Source of the DNA: Octopus sinensis
Taxonomy: Eukaryota
Assembly: GCF_006345805.1 (NCBI RefSeq)
Contig: NW_021832601.1
Span: 105,061-169,060, forward strand
Direction of reading: 5' to 3'
Length of the DNA stretch: 64,000 nucleotides
The notes beneath the pieces are model-generated. The model worked only from the letters and a program-made list of their open reading frames with translations. It made no database searches and was not told the DNA's origin. This document shows positions 36,453 through 50,963 of this stretch, piece after piece. The number at the start of each line of letters is the position of its first letter. The stretch's first letter is position 1. The position numbers and the translations under genes are program-made.

Positions 36453-36862
36453 TCAATTCTGGAACCGACTGGCCTTTCCTTTGAAGATGCCAAACGTCCA
36501 GACGGCTGTACACTTTTCGCTTTTGAATCCGGGAAGCAGCTCGTTTGGGACGTCACCTGTGCGACTCTTTCGCCAAGGAAGCCTTGAATTCCACGGCTTG
36601 TCGTCCCGGTTCGTCGGCCGAGAAGGCCGAATTCGCTAAACTAACGAAATACGAGGATTTTCGCGATTGATTTTGCTTTTGGGCAATTGCCGTCGAAACT
36701 TCCTGTGTTTTTGGGGCCAAGACGCTTGCTCATTTTAAGAAACTTGGCAGTCTGTGTACCCATCGCTTCAGAGATCCCAGGGAATTTATATTCCTTATTC
36801 AGAGGATCTCGATGGCTGTTTTACGCGGGAATTGTCTTTCAATTCTGCGAGCCAGTACTTAA
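36453..36862 (+). mobile_element. CRE-like RLE 3' fragment, copy 3
   Basis: Duplicate of 14850-15259 with extra indels. Confidence 0.83.
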
Positions 36863-37011
36863 TAGCTAGATTTTTTAATAATTCCATTAATAAAAAAAAT
36901 TATTGTTAAAATATTTTTATAATAATATTTCATTGAATTGAAACTGTCTAAATAGTTTGGATAACCGTAAAAGTCGTTTAATAATACACTATTATTAATA
37001 TTTGAAATAAT

Positions 37012-38867
37012 ATGTTTGGCGTTGTAAATCATGGAGTATACAATGATGGCCAAAATGTGGTCGTCTACAGCGGACACTTTATGGTAAGCACATTTGTCAA
37101 CTTCAATTTAAATACAACCAGTAATAGCTGATATTTTTATTTTGAGGTTTATCTTCCTTTCCCTATCATGTGCCCGACGTACCTCTTAACACTCTAATTG
37201 ACTTTTTGTGGTGTAGTTATCGGTTTGTGTGTATTTTGCTTTCTATTCGAAGAGGCGTCTTGATTTCTTCAAAATGGAGAAATTTTACTGGTTATTCAAT
37301 TCCAGGATGCCTTAAAATTCGACTTAATAATGCAATTTGGAGAGAATGGTGCCGACAGAGTTATATTTAAATGTTTCTTTATTTCTTTAGATTACTACAA
37401 TAAAAAGCCGCTGGTATGTAAATTTAATGACAAGTTAAATGACATCCATCATGGAAAAAATGTTAATCTAAAACAATCATCTTAGAGCATTATTTTTGAG
37501 CAAAACTTTCTTAATATGAAACCAACTCTGTTTCGCAAAGAATATAACAAACTGAGAAAGTATTTCTGTGAACGAATTAACGTTCAAATTTCATGTAACG
37601 AGAGCAATCAATTCGTTAGAATATAAATTCCTTAATTATTTGATAGGACGAGCAATCACAATTGACAGAAACTAAAACACCAACTATCTACGAAGATATT
37701 AACCTACCTCTATGTGACGAAATTGACGGGATACAGAAACCAAATTATTTTTTTCCGAGAACATCATTCGACGACACTGATTTTTTTTCAAAACAACCTC
37801 ATTATTTTGGAAATTACAAGGCTGTCGAGTCTGACACAAAATACAAAAACACGCCGCAAAGAGATTTTACTAATCTTTGGAATCATCCAAATTGTTCATC
37901 TTCAAAAATATCACAAAATCAACAAGATTTTTCGAGAAATCATTTTGTGCCAAACTATAGTTACGGGTAAATAAATTAATGCCAATTGGGCGTGCCTAAC
38001 CACATAAATTATAAATTATAATTAACATTTAGAAATCATGTCATTGGACAACAAGAGTATAATTACCCTGGCTATCCAATGTTGTTTACTAAGGTTTCTT
38101 ATTTTAGTAATTTTTAGCCATCGGTTTCTTGTTTTTCAGAGGAAGATCAACGAAAAAGGAAAAGACATATTATTCATTTAAAATCTGAAAAACACAGACG
38201 TAATGAAATTAAAGTCTATTAATCTGAAAAGATTTTATAGAATTGGATTCATACACTTTACCTGTGTATCAAAGACTCAAAAATAAATTCAAGTACCTGC
38301 AAACAGAGCTATGCAAATATACTACGAGAAGGTACAGTCGACTATTTATCTGTTTAGCGTCAGACTTGTTAACCTGTAACCAGAATGAAATTTTAAAAAA
38401 CGAAGCAAAACTAGAAGTAATTAAATCAGAAATCGAATCAAAAACTGAAAAAACGAGGTAATGATATAAATTTAAATACAAGATATCTGCAAGAATTGAT
38501 TCCCGATGAATCTATTTCAAATACTGACATTGTGAAAAGAGAATATTCTGAATATTTAAAATATATTTATGACCGTTCATTAATTAATCAAAAATATGCA
38601 TTATTTGGACTAATTATGGAGAAAATGTTCAAGTCATTCATAGGTCAGAAAATGACTAATAATTCGAAAATAAATGATATAGAATCCTGGTTAAACGATA
38701 ACGTCTCCCTCCAAATGTCTAGAGAAGGTATTTAATTGTCATATTTGATAGATTCAATGCGCGTATTGCGAACATTTTCCAAAGATACCTCTATAATCAA
38801 AGATCCCTCTTTGCTTGGCAGCGAATCTATTCAAATTGTAAAAAATCTTATTGAAAAACACAAGTGA
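37012..38867 (+). CDS. MLXIP: MondoA/ChREBP-family transcription factor, copy 3
   Basis: Near-identical to 15409-17264 (offset 21603). Confidence 0.88.
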
Positions 38868-39309
38868 TTCAAAATAATCATATATTCTTACTTTATTATT
38901 TTAATCACAATGTAAATAAAAATTTATTCATTTTGAGGTTTTAGAAAAATCAAACATGTTTATTAGCCAGGATAATCAATTACATTTTTTTAAACCATAA
39001 TAGTTATTTGATCTTAGAAAAACGCGCTTGTGTACTTTTGCTGATCTGGAACTACTGGTTTCAAAATAATATTTAATCAGAAGGTTTCCAACCTCGACTG
39101 ACAGGTCCAAATGGTTCGAGCATTAAAAGAAATCCGGACGCAACTATTGCTCTCTTCACAATTTGTTACGAATTCCTTCAAAAATGTATATATCACTTTT
39201 TGATTAAAAAAATTTAGAAATTCATTAAGTGTAATAAAACATTAAATAACCATATAATTGAATAAACCAATACAACTATGCGAAAATTATTATAAGAAAC
39301 AGAACAAGA

Positions 39310-41719
39310 TCATTTATTATTTATTCCAGCTATCTTGGACTGTGTCTCAAATACCAATAACCTCCACAATTTAATCACAAAAACTTCTGCCTCGTTATCA
39401 AAAATCTATTAAATATCTCACAAAAAAAGCACCGTCCAAATATCTTTAACCAAACTTGTCGGAGATGTCTGAGATAAAAGCTTTTCACATATAAAGTCGT
39501 TCAAACTTGGTTCTTCCTCTCCGATATACTCAATAATCTTCTTATTTACCCAACTACGAATGCGAGTATCGACAAGATTCTTGGAAAATTAAAACTTTAA
39601 AATACCTGATCGACCACTGTCCAGTCAATTTCGACAGAAAACAATGATTCAGAATCAGTAGGTATCTTGTCAATAATTTGCCGAATCATCCTCTTCTTCT
39701 CCTCAGCAGAAATGTATTTGAAATGATCAGTCATATCCAATTTTGGTTTCACGACTTCTGGTTTTACTTCGGGGACTTCCTCCTCCTCTTCTTCGTCCTC
39801 TTCAAACACTTGAAATGTTGAAAGGACCGGAGTTGTCTTTGCATCCGACGGAACTTCAAAGCACGTGGCAACTGGGGCCGTCGTTGTCGTTTGCGCATCT
39901 TAAATCACAAAAAATTAAATCCACTTAGTTTTAGAGCCGTAAAACCAATTTGTTTATCTTCAATAACTTCGGAAACTTCAGTAAATTGGACAATGTCCTC
40001 TTCCTCGTTGTTAGTTAGATCAACAGTTTCGCCAGGCTCTTCGTCTTCAGTTGTAGAAATGATTTCCTCTTCCACTTCTTTGTCTGTCAAATGTTTAAAA
40101 GCTCTCTTCTCGATCTTAAAATGTAGATCATTGGGGAAAACCTGTACTAAACGTTCTTCGACATGTTTTCCTCCTCGTTCAACCACACTTCTCCTCATAT
40201 CTTCCACTTCAGCTAATTCCCTTTCTCTATCTCTCTTATCCCACTCAATCTCACGATCACGTGCATGTATTAGTCTTGCCAATTGACTTCCTCTGAAAAT
40301 AGTCACAATACATATCCAACTTGTAATATTTTCCGTCGTCTCGATCGTCATTGTAAGACATTAGAAAGTCATATTTATGCTTGGTATCTTTCATCTATAA
40401 ACGGAATGTTATGGCTAGAATACATTCGACTTATTCCTCTCTTCTATCCGCTCAGCCTCCTTTTCAAATTCTTTCTTCTTCTTCCGTTCTCTTGATTCCC
40501 AATTCCGCAAACACTATCAGGATTGACCGGGTAAATATATACATTAATATACGAGTTTTCCTTTTCCTGGGCTTCCCTGTCCAACCGAGTTTGTTCTTCC
40601 TCATCCTCAAGCTCACTGTTCGTAGTAATAAAAACAAAAAACCTTGAATTCCTTGACCTTTTAGACGCAGAACTCAATCCACAGTCATTGTCCTCCTAAA
40701 TGGAAATATACAACAATTGTTAACGAGATGCTTGTCCAGGGAACACACGTCCTTTGCTTCCCTTGCGTCCTAGTAGTTTACAGTAGTTTGTCTACCTTTC
40801 TCATATTTTTAATAGCGATTGGATCTCCTGCAAGTACACCAGCATATTCTACGAGGAGTGCGTCAAACTCTGCCTTCACGGCAGCCATTTCTGCATTCAT
40901 TGGAGGCTTCGACTCAACTTTGGGAATGGGGACTCCGGGCATTTTGTGCCTCATGTAATCTTCCAAATGATTCCGACTTTTAGAATTCACTTTGACCTTA
41001 AATGAGTATATCTAGACTACCAAAAGGGGTTTCCCCGCAATGACATATCCATTAAGAAGTCTGAGAGAACAAAGAGTAGACTCCGGGTGCTTGTAGTCAC
41101 AAAATGCAAAAGCTATTCAAAAATTTAGCACTAAACTCAATTACCTTGTAATTTACCAGCACTGGTATAAGTTCTCTTCCAATTAAGCACATTCCCACAT
41201 TTCTAAAAATAAGATGAGTCAGCCAACCTCGGCCAATTGCCTAATAAGAGTATCTGGACAACATTCTGGAATGTTCCCAATAAAGACAGTAGTTGTAGTA
41301 TACGGAATTTCCTTGAATATGAAATAATGAAAACTACCTTTGGAACGGCGTACTGCATTGGTTGAGACATGACAACGCCGAAATTAGGAGAAGGAGTCAT
41401 AATTGGAGTTTGAACAACTGAAGGCTGAACTGGAGTAGGTATAAACGGTACTTGCATTGGCTACAATATAAACAATAGATCCCAACGTTTACTGGGGCAG
41501 GGACTCCGTAGGGAAGGAAACCTAACAAATTGTTAGCCAACATTAGAAATTATAATCTATAAGTTATCTAAATATGAAAATCTAATGAAACCTGAAGATT
41601 AAAAGCTAAAATTCTACAAATTTATAATTCCTGATAGTTTATAATTATTATTAAGAATTACCGGTATTGTATGAAGATGTCATTTGAGGTACACACGGAA
41701 TACGATTAGGAAACGACAT
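39310..41719 (-). CDS. RBM25: RBM25, copy 3
   Basis: Near-identical to 17707-20116. Confidence 0.92.
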
Positions 41720-42107
41720 AACAATCACAAGAACAATACACAACACGATATTAATTTAAATTAATATTACTTTACAAAATTAATAATTTATTTATATTTT
41801 ACTTATACGTATGATAGTAGTATAATAAAATTTTTAGTTACATTTTTGGAATCAAATATTTTTTTTAATAAATTAACAAGCACGTCGCAAATCCAGAGGC
41901 CCATAGATGTCAGCCACACAAAAATTCAAAAGCAAGAAAGAGAACAAGCAAGCTAATCATTTTAATCAATTCTGAATTGAGACGTGAATAAGTGTGCAGC
42001 TGGTGAAAAATTTAAATTAAAATAAAATTAAAATTAATTCAATTTGATTTAATTTAAATGTTCTAAATTTATATGTTTTAAATTTAAATATACAAAATAA
42101 AATTCAG

Positions 42108-42442
42108 ATGGTTAAAATCGAATTATATGGGTTGGTCATTATGTAAATATTTCATTAATTAGATCAGAAGAATGCGGAATTTTATTAGAGTTACAGGGTC
42201 AAGTCAAATTTGAGGATAAATGTAATTGTTATTTTTTTCTAGACAAAAATGTAAGTAATTTTTCTTCACTTTTAAAGGGTGTTCCTTACCTTGTAATGGG
42301 TCGTAAAATTTTAGTTGGACAAGCCAGTGAAGACGATATTAACATGGCTTTAATTTCTTGTGATTCCGGAAAAACACATTTTGTCGTAAAAAAGAAATTT
42401 ATATTCAAGGATAAACCAATACAAATACTAAAAAATAAGTGA
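42108..42442 (+). CDS. CHTF8: CHTF8, copy 3
   Basis: Near-identical to 20505-20839. Confidence 0.75.
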
Positions 42443-42654
42443 TCTATTAAATTTTGCTCTATTTTGTATTTTTTTTGGTGTAAAATTTCGTAGAAATAGT
42501 TTATGTACCTAGGATGTTTTCATTGAGGATCGTGTGATATTAACGGATCAATGATTTAAAAAAATTTTAAACATTATTATGCTTTTCCTACTATTAGGGA
42601 CATTCTTATTCATTAGACTGTTTGTGATTCGGCGTGGATATGTGACCTAGTTAC

Positions 42655-43102
42655 GCCCCTGGGCTGTCCTGTTTAGTAAATTGCACATCTGCCGAAAATA
42701 TGGGATAAAGCAGTCTAGGAAGTTAAAGATCCACTGCTTCAGTAGACTGTCTCTAATAAGATGGTCGAAATACGGGTGGACACGACGATAAAGACGGATA
42801 CTAAAGTCAATAATAATAAACCGGACATTTTTGTCTAAGACATCATTATGCTGATCGAAATTGGGATTACTTCTCAACAATCTTTGAAGCATGTGGAAGT
42901 TGAGAAATTACATAAATACGACCTTTTGGGAAGCGAATTGAGGTTAATTCACAATTCAAATGTGAATGTCGTACCGTTGGTTCTCACATGGGATGGAATA
43001 ACATCCAAATTTTACAAGCACTACCAAAACTCTCTACAAGTCCATGACTCAACGCGTGCATATGTTCAGACAATCGTGATCAAAAAAACACTGGAAAGCA
43101 TG
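42655..43102 (+). mobile_element. Decayed RLE retroelement fragment, copy 3
   Basis: Duplicate of 21050-21502; here LIEIGITSQ is retained. Confidence 0.85.
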
Positions 43103-43817
43103 AGCCCTGAGTACAATCTCCAGGGCTTTCGAGTGATGTTCTTATTTCCGGACGACAAACATCGATTATCAAAAGGCATTAGAATATGACACATCAAACC
43201 AGGTCGTTTTATATATCTTTAAAGAGCAAGCACTCCTCCTCGAAACTCCTACCATTCTCGACGAATTCGATGATGGGAGCCGCACCCATTTTTATGGCCT
43301 TTGCCACCTCTTGAAGAAACAAAACATCCCCTTTAAGATCGAATCCAAGCTCTTTCGCGGTCTTGACTGTTACAAACGAACCGTTTTTGAAATCAGATAT
43401 GATGTTCTTGGTGCACAAAATACCATTGGTGCGGGAGGACGTTACAATGGGATTACCCAGATTTTCCTAGTATTGAATATTCCACTGGTATCGAACTAAT
43501 CTTACAAACAATAAATAGGCAAAATGCATTCCTTTTCGTCTGTCTCATTCCTTTTATAGAAAAAGTTAAATCTGTATGTATTAAAGCACTGTATGAACTC
43601 CGACATGGAAAAACAACAGCTCAACTTACCTCTGCAAAAAATATAAAAAGCCCCTCAAGCTGCTAGTGATCTGGGAACTACTTTTTCTGTCATCCTTGTA
43701 GATGAAGAGCATTCAAAAAGACTTGTCCAAGTTAAAAATATGAAAACTCGAGACTCAATTAAAATTCAATTAGAAGAGCTCATTTCTGTCCTCTTAAAAA
43801 ATAGGAATAACAAATTA
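43103..43817 (+). pseudogene. hisS: hisS remnant, copy 3
   Basis: KLFRGLDCYKRTVFEIRYDVLGAQNTIGAGGRYNG is in one frame here. Its indels differ from those in copy 2. Confidence 0.92.
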
Positions 43818-44650
43818 CCTTTGACTATAGAAGAACCCACCGCTCTCACGTATATAATAGATTCAATGTTGGATAGTCTGTTACTATTTCAGGTTGGATT
43901 CACTGCCGACGCGATCACGGTGGACTGTCTTTATTGACCCCCGATCATCTCAAATTTTCACGTTGCTGATAATGCTATAATGCAAGGATCGCTAATTTCA
44001 AATCGCTCCTTGTTTTTGCAGTAAAGATCTCCTTTCCGATCTTCAGCACGAGTTTACTCAGCTTGATTTAGAAATGAGTTTTTCAACTCTGAAACACTTT
44101 AAAAAATCATTCATTATTACCTAAAAGTTTTTTCAAAAAGTGCCTCGATGTCAAGGTGCCGGACACCATTTAAGAAATGACTCAAGCCGACTGTAGTGAT
44201 ATTATAAAATAGATCGTCCAATTGTCTCTTTTCCGCCTTGATGAAATTGCTAAAAAATGCAAGTTTCCTGTTTTTAAAGTGGAAGGAGACGGGATTGTTA
44301 AATGTATTTTTATCAAAGGTAGTGTATTTAAAGGTATTAACCGCTATAACTTTTTTGTCGGAGAGTTTTGTCTTGAAGGAGACGAGCAAATGACCTGCAA
44401 TCCAGCATTGTAAAATTCTTTGCACAATAACTATTAAAAGACATTAAAACTTGTATGAATTCTGAAAGAGACCTTCTCCTTTTTGCAGCGATAGATGAAG
44501 CCACAGTCAACCAGGGAATGGAGCAACTCCGTCGCCTTGTTGCTTTGAAATGCAGCCTCATTGACTCCAATCGCTTTGAGTTTTTTTGGGTCGTTGACTT
44601 CTCTTTCTTCGAATGGAATGCAGATGAAAACAGTCTTACAAGCGTACACC
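43814..44650 (+). pseudogene. aspS: aspS remnant, copy 3, transposon-free but 3'-deleted
   Basis: Continuous FDYRRTH..GWIHCRRDHGG..motif 2..SLTSVH, then a deletion of about 1.3 kb joining (via TT) to the equivalent of position ~1355, which removes the aspS end and mip. Confidence 0.9.
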
Positions 44651-44652
44651 TT

Positions 44653-45640
44653 AAATGAATTCTAGAAGAACTCATTTATGTGCTGAAGTAGGAAGATAAG
44701 AAAGCTTTGCCATCTGAATTGCGAATTGCTGTATGTTGCTAAGGTTCTTTTCTGTGGCAATTAATAAAGACAAGGGGGAGTAAAACGAGTAGCCATTTTA
44801 TTTGTGTGAAGAAGAATTTCCGTGCTTTACTGTATTATTTCCTGATACAAAAAGCCCAATAATTACGGCAGATGCAGTTCCAATCATAACAGCAGCGGCT
44901 GTCTTAATATAGGCATAGCCATCTTTAACTAAAATAGCTTGAAAAATGCGAATTTTGCCTCCGTATATTTTTAGTATTGATTCGGAGAAAGTGAGAATTT
45001 TTACTTTCGATCTAAATGATCGATATAGGTTTTTTCATCGCATGGGATTTTTTTAATTGAGAGGCTAATCACAGAGGTGAAGATTATACGTTCGGATTTG
45101 ACAAACCAAATTTTGACATCATTTTTAATGTGCATAGGATTTGACATCAGCCATCATTCTGGTGGATGAATATAGGTAAAGGGGATTGCTTCTCCACTCA
45201 AAAAAAACAAGAGAATAATAAAAAGGTGTCTTATAACTTTCCCCAATATACTTAACTATCAGTGATCAGGATGCGTAGAGGCATAAGAGCAATTGCTAAG
45301 GCAATCCCTAGTCCCCACTCTATCATAGACAGGCTGCAGCATCATTCCAGTATCCAAGTCTTCATAAGTTTTGTTTGCTTCCTACTCACACTCTGATAGT
45401 GCATGGTCTGCTGCCTTTAGAGGCAAGGTTGAAGTCGCAAAGATAAAATCGAGTAGAAGCGTCAGAACCTTCTTTGTCAAAATTTCTTGAATTAATTTTT
45501 TTAACGTGATTATGCTGCCCTAAGTTTGCTTTTTTGGTAAAGTCCAGATTGAATTTTTTTATATTGAAGTGAATTCAAAAATTGGGAGTTTAAAAAAAAG
45601 CATCGGATTAACTTTTGAGCAGCAAATTAGCCCTAAAACA
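44653..45640 (-). pseudogene. Bacterial-like ORF remnants, copy 3
   Basis: Duplicate of about 1355-2340. Confidence 0.5.
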
Positions 45641-45869
45641 GCTTATTTTGAATAAATTGTATTATGAAAATGGCTTAAAAGATATGACCAATTTTTGAGT
45701 TTATTTCAGTTTATCAGTTGCGTTGTTAGAGATTAAGAATTTCGTTCTACAAAAACTGAAATTTATTTTTTTGAAAATAATTTTACTCTCCAAAAATGAC
45801 CACAAATCTCGAGCCTAAAATTTTTTTGAACACTGACGGAAATTAGTAAATCAGTTTTTTGAAAAATTC

Positions 45870-46335
45870 GATTTATAAAAGATGAATTACTTAAATCTGA
45901 TTCCTCTGACATTCTTACTGTGGACAACGTTTCAAAAAGTCATTTTCATCGAGTAGGGGGTACAAAGTTATGCCAACTATCATTAAATTGCCCATAAAAT
46001 ATACCTAAGTCTTATTTTATATATTTTAACCTAGTCGAGGCCGTACAAAAGTCCGGTTGTTTCACCCATGCTGTGCCCGATTATTCTAATTTTATCATGC
46101 CTTAATTTATTTCGGAGTTTTTCGACGTCGAAGACTATATTTTGGTAACTATGTTTGCCACAAAATGAATTTTGAGCATCCATGACAGAGACTTGAAATT
46201 TTATGTTAGTGAGACTTGTATTCCTATATGTGACAGTTTCTTTACTATTGACTAGCATTTATATTTGGTGCCCTGAAAGCCGTAAAGTATGTAAATTGGG
46301 TAAGGGTAGTTAAATTTGTCCATGTTACTTTTTGA
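45870..46335 (-). pseudogene. ABHD11: ABHD11-like pseudogene, copy 3
   Basis: Duplicate of 2560-3030 with the same in-frame TAG. Confidence 0.6.
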
Positions 46336-46592
46336 ACTAAAGAGGTGAGGAACCCGAAATTAAATGATAACAGAAACGAATTACCTAAAATTTCTTCTGG
46401 GCGACCCAAAAGATGCTATCAGAGCGATCACATCATTCTTTTGGATTAAGACAATGCTGTAAGGTTTTCTCGCCACCCATCACTCAACTAAATCATGAAG
46501 AGAGTACTAGATGCGGCAGGACTATTGAGAAAATAAATCAAATTTTATATTCGTTAGAATGTTAAAAAATGTTAATTGACTGTTAAAGATGA

Positions 46593-48410
46593 TCATTGAG
46601 AATAATTTTGTAGAACTCTTGCTGATGGATCAGTAGCTGAGCACCATTTAGGCATCCATTGATACGGAATGACACTGGAGTTGTCTTTGTAGTATTTTTC
46701 AAAAATATCTCTATAATACAACGCTTCTTTGGTCAAAGGAGTGTTAAATGGATATTTTTCAGAAGCTTTAGCCAGCTGATCGTCTGAAATCTAAAATCAC
46801 TGACAATATTTTAAACCTTATCTTCCAAATATTCTTGAATCATTGAATACCAGGATCGTCTTAAGGAAGAAACACCGTCACTAAATGCTTCTTTTTTCCT
46901 CCAAAGAATTTCATCTGGCAAAAGCCCACGGTCACTAAAAGCCTGTCGCAGCAATTTTTTTTCAATGTCATTTTCACTTCCACGTCGGATGGAGGAAGAA
47001 AGTGATAGATAATACGCGGTAAATCGATGATCAAGAAAAGGTACCCTTAATTCCAACCTCATCGTCAGATCAAAAAAAGTTACCCAGAGTTTGCAGTGGT
47101 CCTATCTGCTCTAAGTCCGTCGTACAAATAAATATCGTTTAACAGTCTTCGGGACTCTTTATCTGCTTCTTCTGCCGATGGGGCATTCTTAAAGTATAAA
47201 TATCCTTGGCATAGTTCGTCAGAGCCTTCTCCCGACATAATAACGGCACATTTGGAGTTTTCGGATATCCATTTGCTTATTAAATACATTGCTAAAAAAC
47301 AAAATTAACAAAAAAGTAAAAAACCAGTAGACGCCCTCACCGTAGTTACATCATAACTTTCTATACATTTAATCACCTCATCTAAATGGGATATTCCTTC
47401 TTCCTCTGTAAAGAGAATTTCTTTGTGACAACTTCCAATATGATTCGCCATCAACCGTGCTGCCTCGACATCAGGACTTGCCTTCATTCCGATTGTGAAA
47501 GTATAGAGTTTTGCAGAACTGTCAACCCGTTTCAGTTCTTCATTCACTAAAGCTGCAATCAGACTCGAATCCAGTCCTCCAGAAAGAAGACATCCAATTT
47601 CTCTATCTCCCATCATTCTCTTAGCTACTGCTGACTGAAGTAAATTTCGGATATTTTCCAATATTTCATTTCCTGTATGTTAAATATATCGATAAAACCT
47701 AAATTTTCGACTACCTCATCCATTGTCTTATAAAGCGGGAAATCCCCAATACTATGAAATTTGACAGAAGTAACAAATCGTGTTAGTCCTTCCTTATCTA
47801 TACTATATTCTTGATAAAATCCAGGTTTTAAAGGTTCAAGAATAGCTTTATCTTTTTTGAGTGAAACCAATCCTAGAGATTTAATGACACATATAACCTT
47901 TTAATTCTGAGCAAACACCTAATTTACTTCCATCATACAAATAAAAAACTGGTCGAACACCAAATGTGTCCCTTCCAATGAATATTTTTCCTTCCAAAGC
48001 ATCAAAAATACAAAAAACAAATTCCCCATCAAGGCTTTCAACTAATTTTTGTATCCCACCTTTTGCATATAGGTGAATTAAGACTTCAGAATCACATTTA
48101 GTTTTGAATTGAAAATCGTATTGAGATTCAAGCTAATAATAACAAATTAAGGTGAAAATACTTTTCTGTAGTTATATATTTCTCCATTGAATATTAAATG
48201 ATAGTGGGGATATTCATTGAGATTCATTGGCTGCTTCCCGTAGAGAGAATCAACTACTGCCAACCGATGAAAGCACATGTAAGCTTTTTTTTGTCTAGGG
48301 ACTGTTTCAAAGCATGTCGAGTCTGGTCCTCGGTGGGATATTTTCATTGAAATATCAAAATATGACGACAAATCCCCATCAAAACCAAAAAGAGCCCATA
48401 TTCCGCACAT
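46593..48410 (-). CDS. ASNS: Asparagine synthetase, copy 3
   Basis: Same exon structure as copy 1; the coding differences I found are synonymous. Confidence 0.96.
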
Positions 48411-48952
48411 TTGGTTATCGCTTTCAATATGTCGATTTAGATAAACCTTTTTTATTATTCTATAAATGAAAATAATAAAATTATTTTATTTTTATATATT
48501 ATATAATTATCGGGTTAATCTTTCCAAATATTTTTTAGGCTTTAAAAAATAATAGTAAATAATTTCACTAACCAAAAACGCAAATCATTATAATTGACCA
48601 TTAATCAAACCACAATCACTTTTTACTAATTCGATTAAGAGGAATTCACATTCTGACGTTAATTTAGATGAGATTACATACTCCTAGAGAAATTGGGGAT
48701 TCATTTTGACACAACTCTCAAATACTCTAAGACTCCCAAATATGGTCAAATTTTCATAATACTCCAACACATTTATGAAAAAGTTATTAAATTTGCAAGA
48801 TAAATATAAATTTGAAATTTATTCATATTTTTATTTTATGCTTCATTTTTTCACTTTCCATTTATAAAATTTAATTTTTGGAAAATTAAAAATAATATTT
48901 TAATTGATATTAGTGGTTAAATTTTAAATAAATTCTGGCCTTATTAAATTTT

Positions 48953-49373
48953 ATGATGCAGCTGCCATTTTATGAATACTTTGGTAAAGTATGGATGACC
49001 ATTGGCCCATTATTGGGATCTATTTCAGTATTATTAGCAGCATTTGACCATCATAGTATTAAAGTCTGTTTATCTTTTAGTCTTTCAGAAGAGATGTCCG
49101 GACCCAAGACGAAAAAAAGCATTTTCTGTTGGAAATTTAATTCACATGATACACAGTATAATTCTTGTTGTCGCTTCTCTTTCATTAAATCATTATTTGG
49201 TACTTTTGATAATTACTTCTTAATAGTCTTCATATTTGTTTACTGCTGGAATTTTTCTGTTTTCTGGATCTTGCTATCTTTATGCAGTCACTGGATACTA
49301 TAAGATTGGATTTTTGGCTCCTTTTGGGGGAACTATTTTGAGTATTGCTTGGTTCTCTATGGCTTTTCGTTAA
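48953..49373 (+). CDS. TMEM256: TMEM256/DUF423, copy 3
   Basis: Near-identical to 5624-6044. Confidence 0.85.
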
Positions 49374-50179
49374 AATTGACAAATTTACTTAGCATCTAAT
49401 ATATTCGAATTTCTGGGATTTTTTAATTTTCTCTAATTAATGCTTTCTAAGAGCACTTAGTATGAAAATTTTCATAGGATTAAGATTTTGAAAGCATGAT
49501 TGATTATAAGATATTTAAATAGGTAACGAGGCTTAATTTTTTAAGAATTTTAAAAATTGAACAGTTTGAATCATATTACGTTAAATATTATTCCATAAAT
49601 ATGAATCGATGCTTCAATTGCTATTATCATGTCGAATAGTGTGTCATGTGATTGAATGATGCTCAACAATCAGAAAATGAAGATATATGAAATTATAGTT
49701 AATGGAAAAATCAGAAATTATAGTTAATGGGGGCTTGGATAAACAGACAATTGCTAGTGGACTACAAATAAAATATAACAAGCCATACTTATTTACCCCA
49801 AAATAGCGAATTTAACAATCAATTAAGTTTACCTTCTGGCATTCAATACGCAGTGCGGCGTTGTTGAGCTAACCCTAAGGCTTTCGACTACCTTTTTAGC
49901 CACTTACCTTAGCTATAGCATCTAACCCTGTTTTTTAATAAATACTAAGTGTAACTTTAATAATTGTTTGAAATTAGTTGGAGTAGAAACACTTCACAAA
50001 TATGACACAATTGGTACAATTTTCAATAAATTATGCTATTATCTAATCTTTTACATTAAACAATAACAGCCTTGTCACGTATTATGTTAAAAAATGATTG
50101 TTAGACATTTTAAGTACCAAAACGATATTTTAAATCAGAAGGGCCTTTTATGTATAAGGTAATTTATCAGATTAAAAGT

Positions 50180-50963
50180 TGACCACATGGCTACTCAGTG
50201 TGGTAAAATGCTCAACAGTGATTATCTCCGGAGACACAACGAAGTTGTGAAGTGTATTCACCTTAACTTGTTCCGAATGTATGGACTCAAAAAAGCAAGA
50301 CGATTGAAGGGACATTCTGTTCAGTCAACACTGTCGACGGGAAAAGTTGAAATCAGGGTTGATTCTACAATCCTCACCGAAACAAAAGTAGAATATAACA
50401 AGCCAGATATCTTTGTCCACGACAAAGCCAGAAACGAAATAAATCTAATTGAAGTGGGTATTACTTCACAGGATCGCCTCAAGCAAGTGGAGGTTGAAAA
50501 GTGTCACAAGTATGACCTATTGGCAAGTGAGCTTTCGCTTCTGTATAGCTGTCAAGTAAAAATAATTCCTGTGGTTATGACATGGGATGGAGTTGTCTCG
50601 AAATGCTTCAAAAATTATATGAAGAAATTATCTATTGAAGCAGGAACGAGGACATACATCCAATCCGTTGTACTGAAAAGAACGCTCGAGAGTATGATGA
50701 TCGAACACAAGCACGGAATGAAGGTATCTGGTGAAGAATACGCTTCTGCTTCCAACTGGTATGTGGAGATGGCATGCAAAAATGAAGACGACCCAATGAA
50801 TGCTAAAGAAGATGCAATGGTTAAATCAGATGTGGTAGTGGGGAGTAAGAGGCAGCTGGAAGTAGACTCTTCTTCCAAGAGAAGGAGAGTGGATATCAGC
50901 GAGCTGGAGTGAGATCTGCTTAGTTTCTGATTAACTATTAAGTTATTATTGGTTTAAAAACGA
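50180..50963 (+). mobile_element. 5'-truncated RLE non-LTR retrotransposon insertion with a 14-bp TSD
   Basis: TSD ATCAGATTAAAAGT at 50166-50179 and 50964-50977, single copy at the empty site near 6887. Uninterrupted ORF with C..YLRRHNEVVKCIH..NKPDIFV..LIEVGIT..EKCHKYDLLA. Confidence 0.93.
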
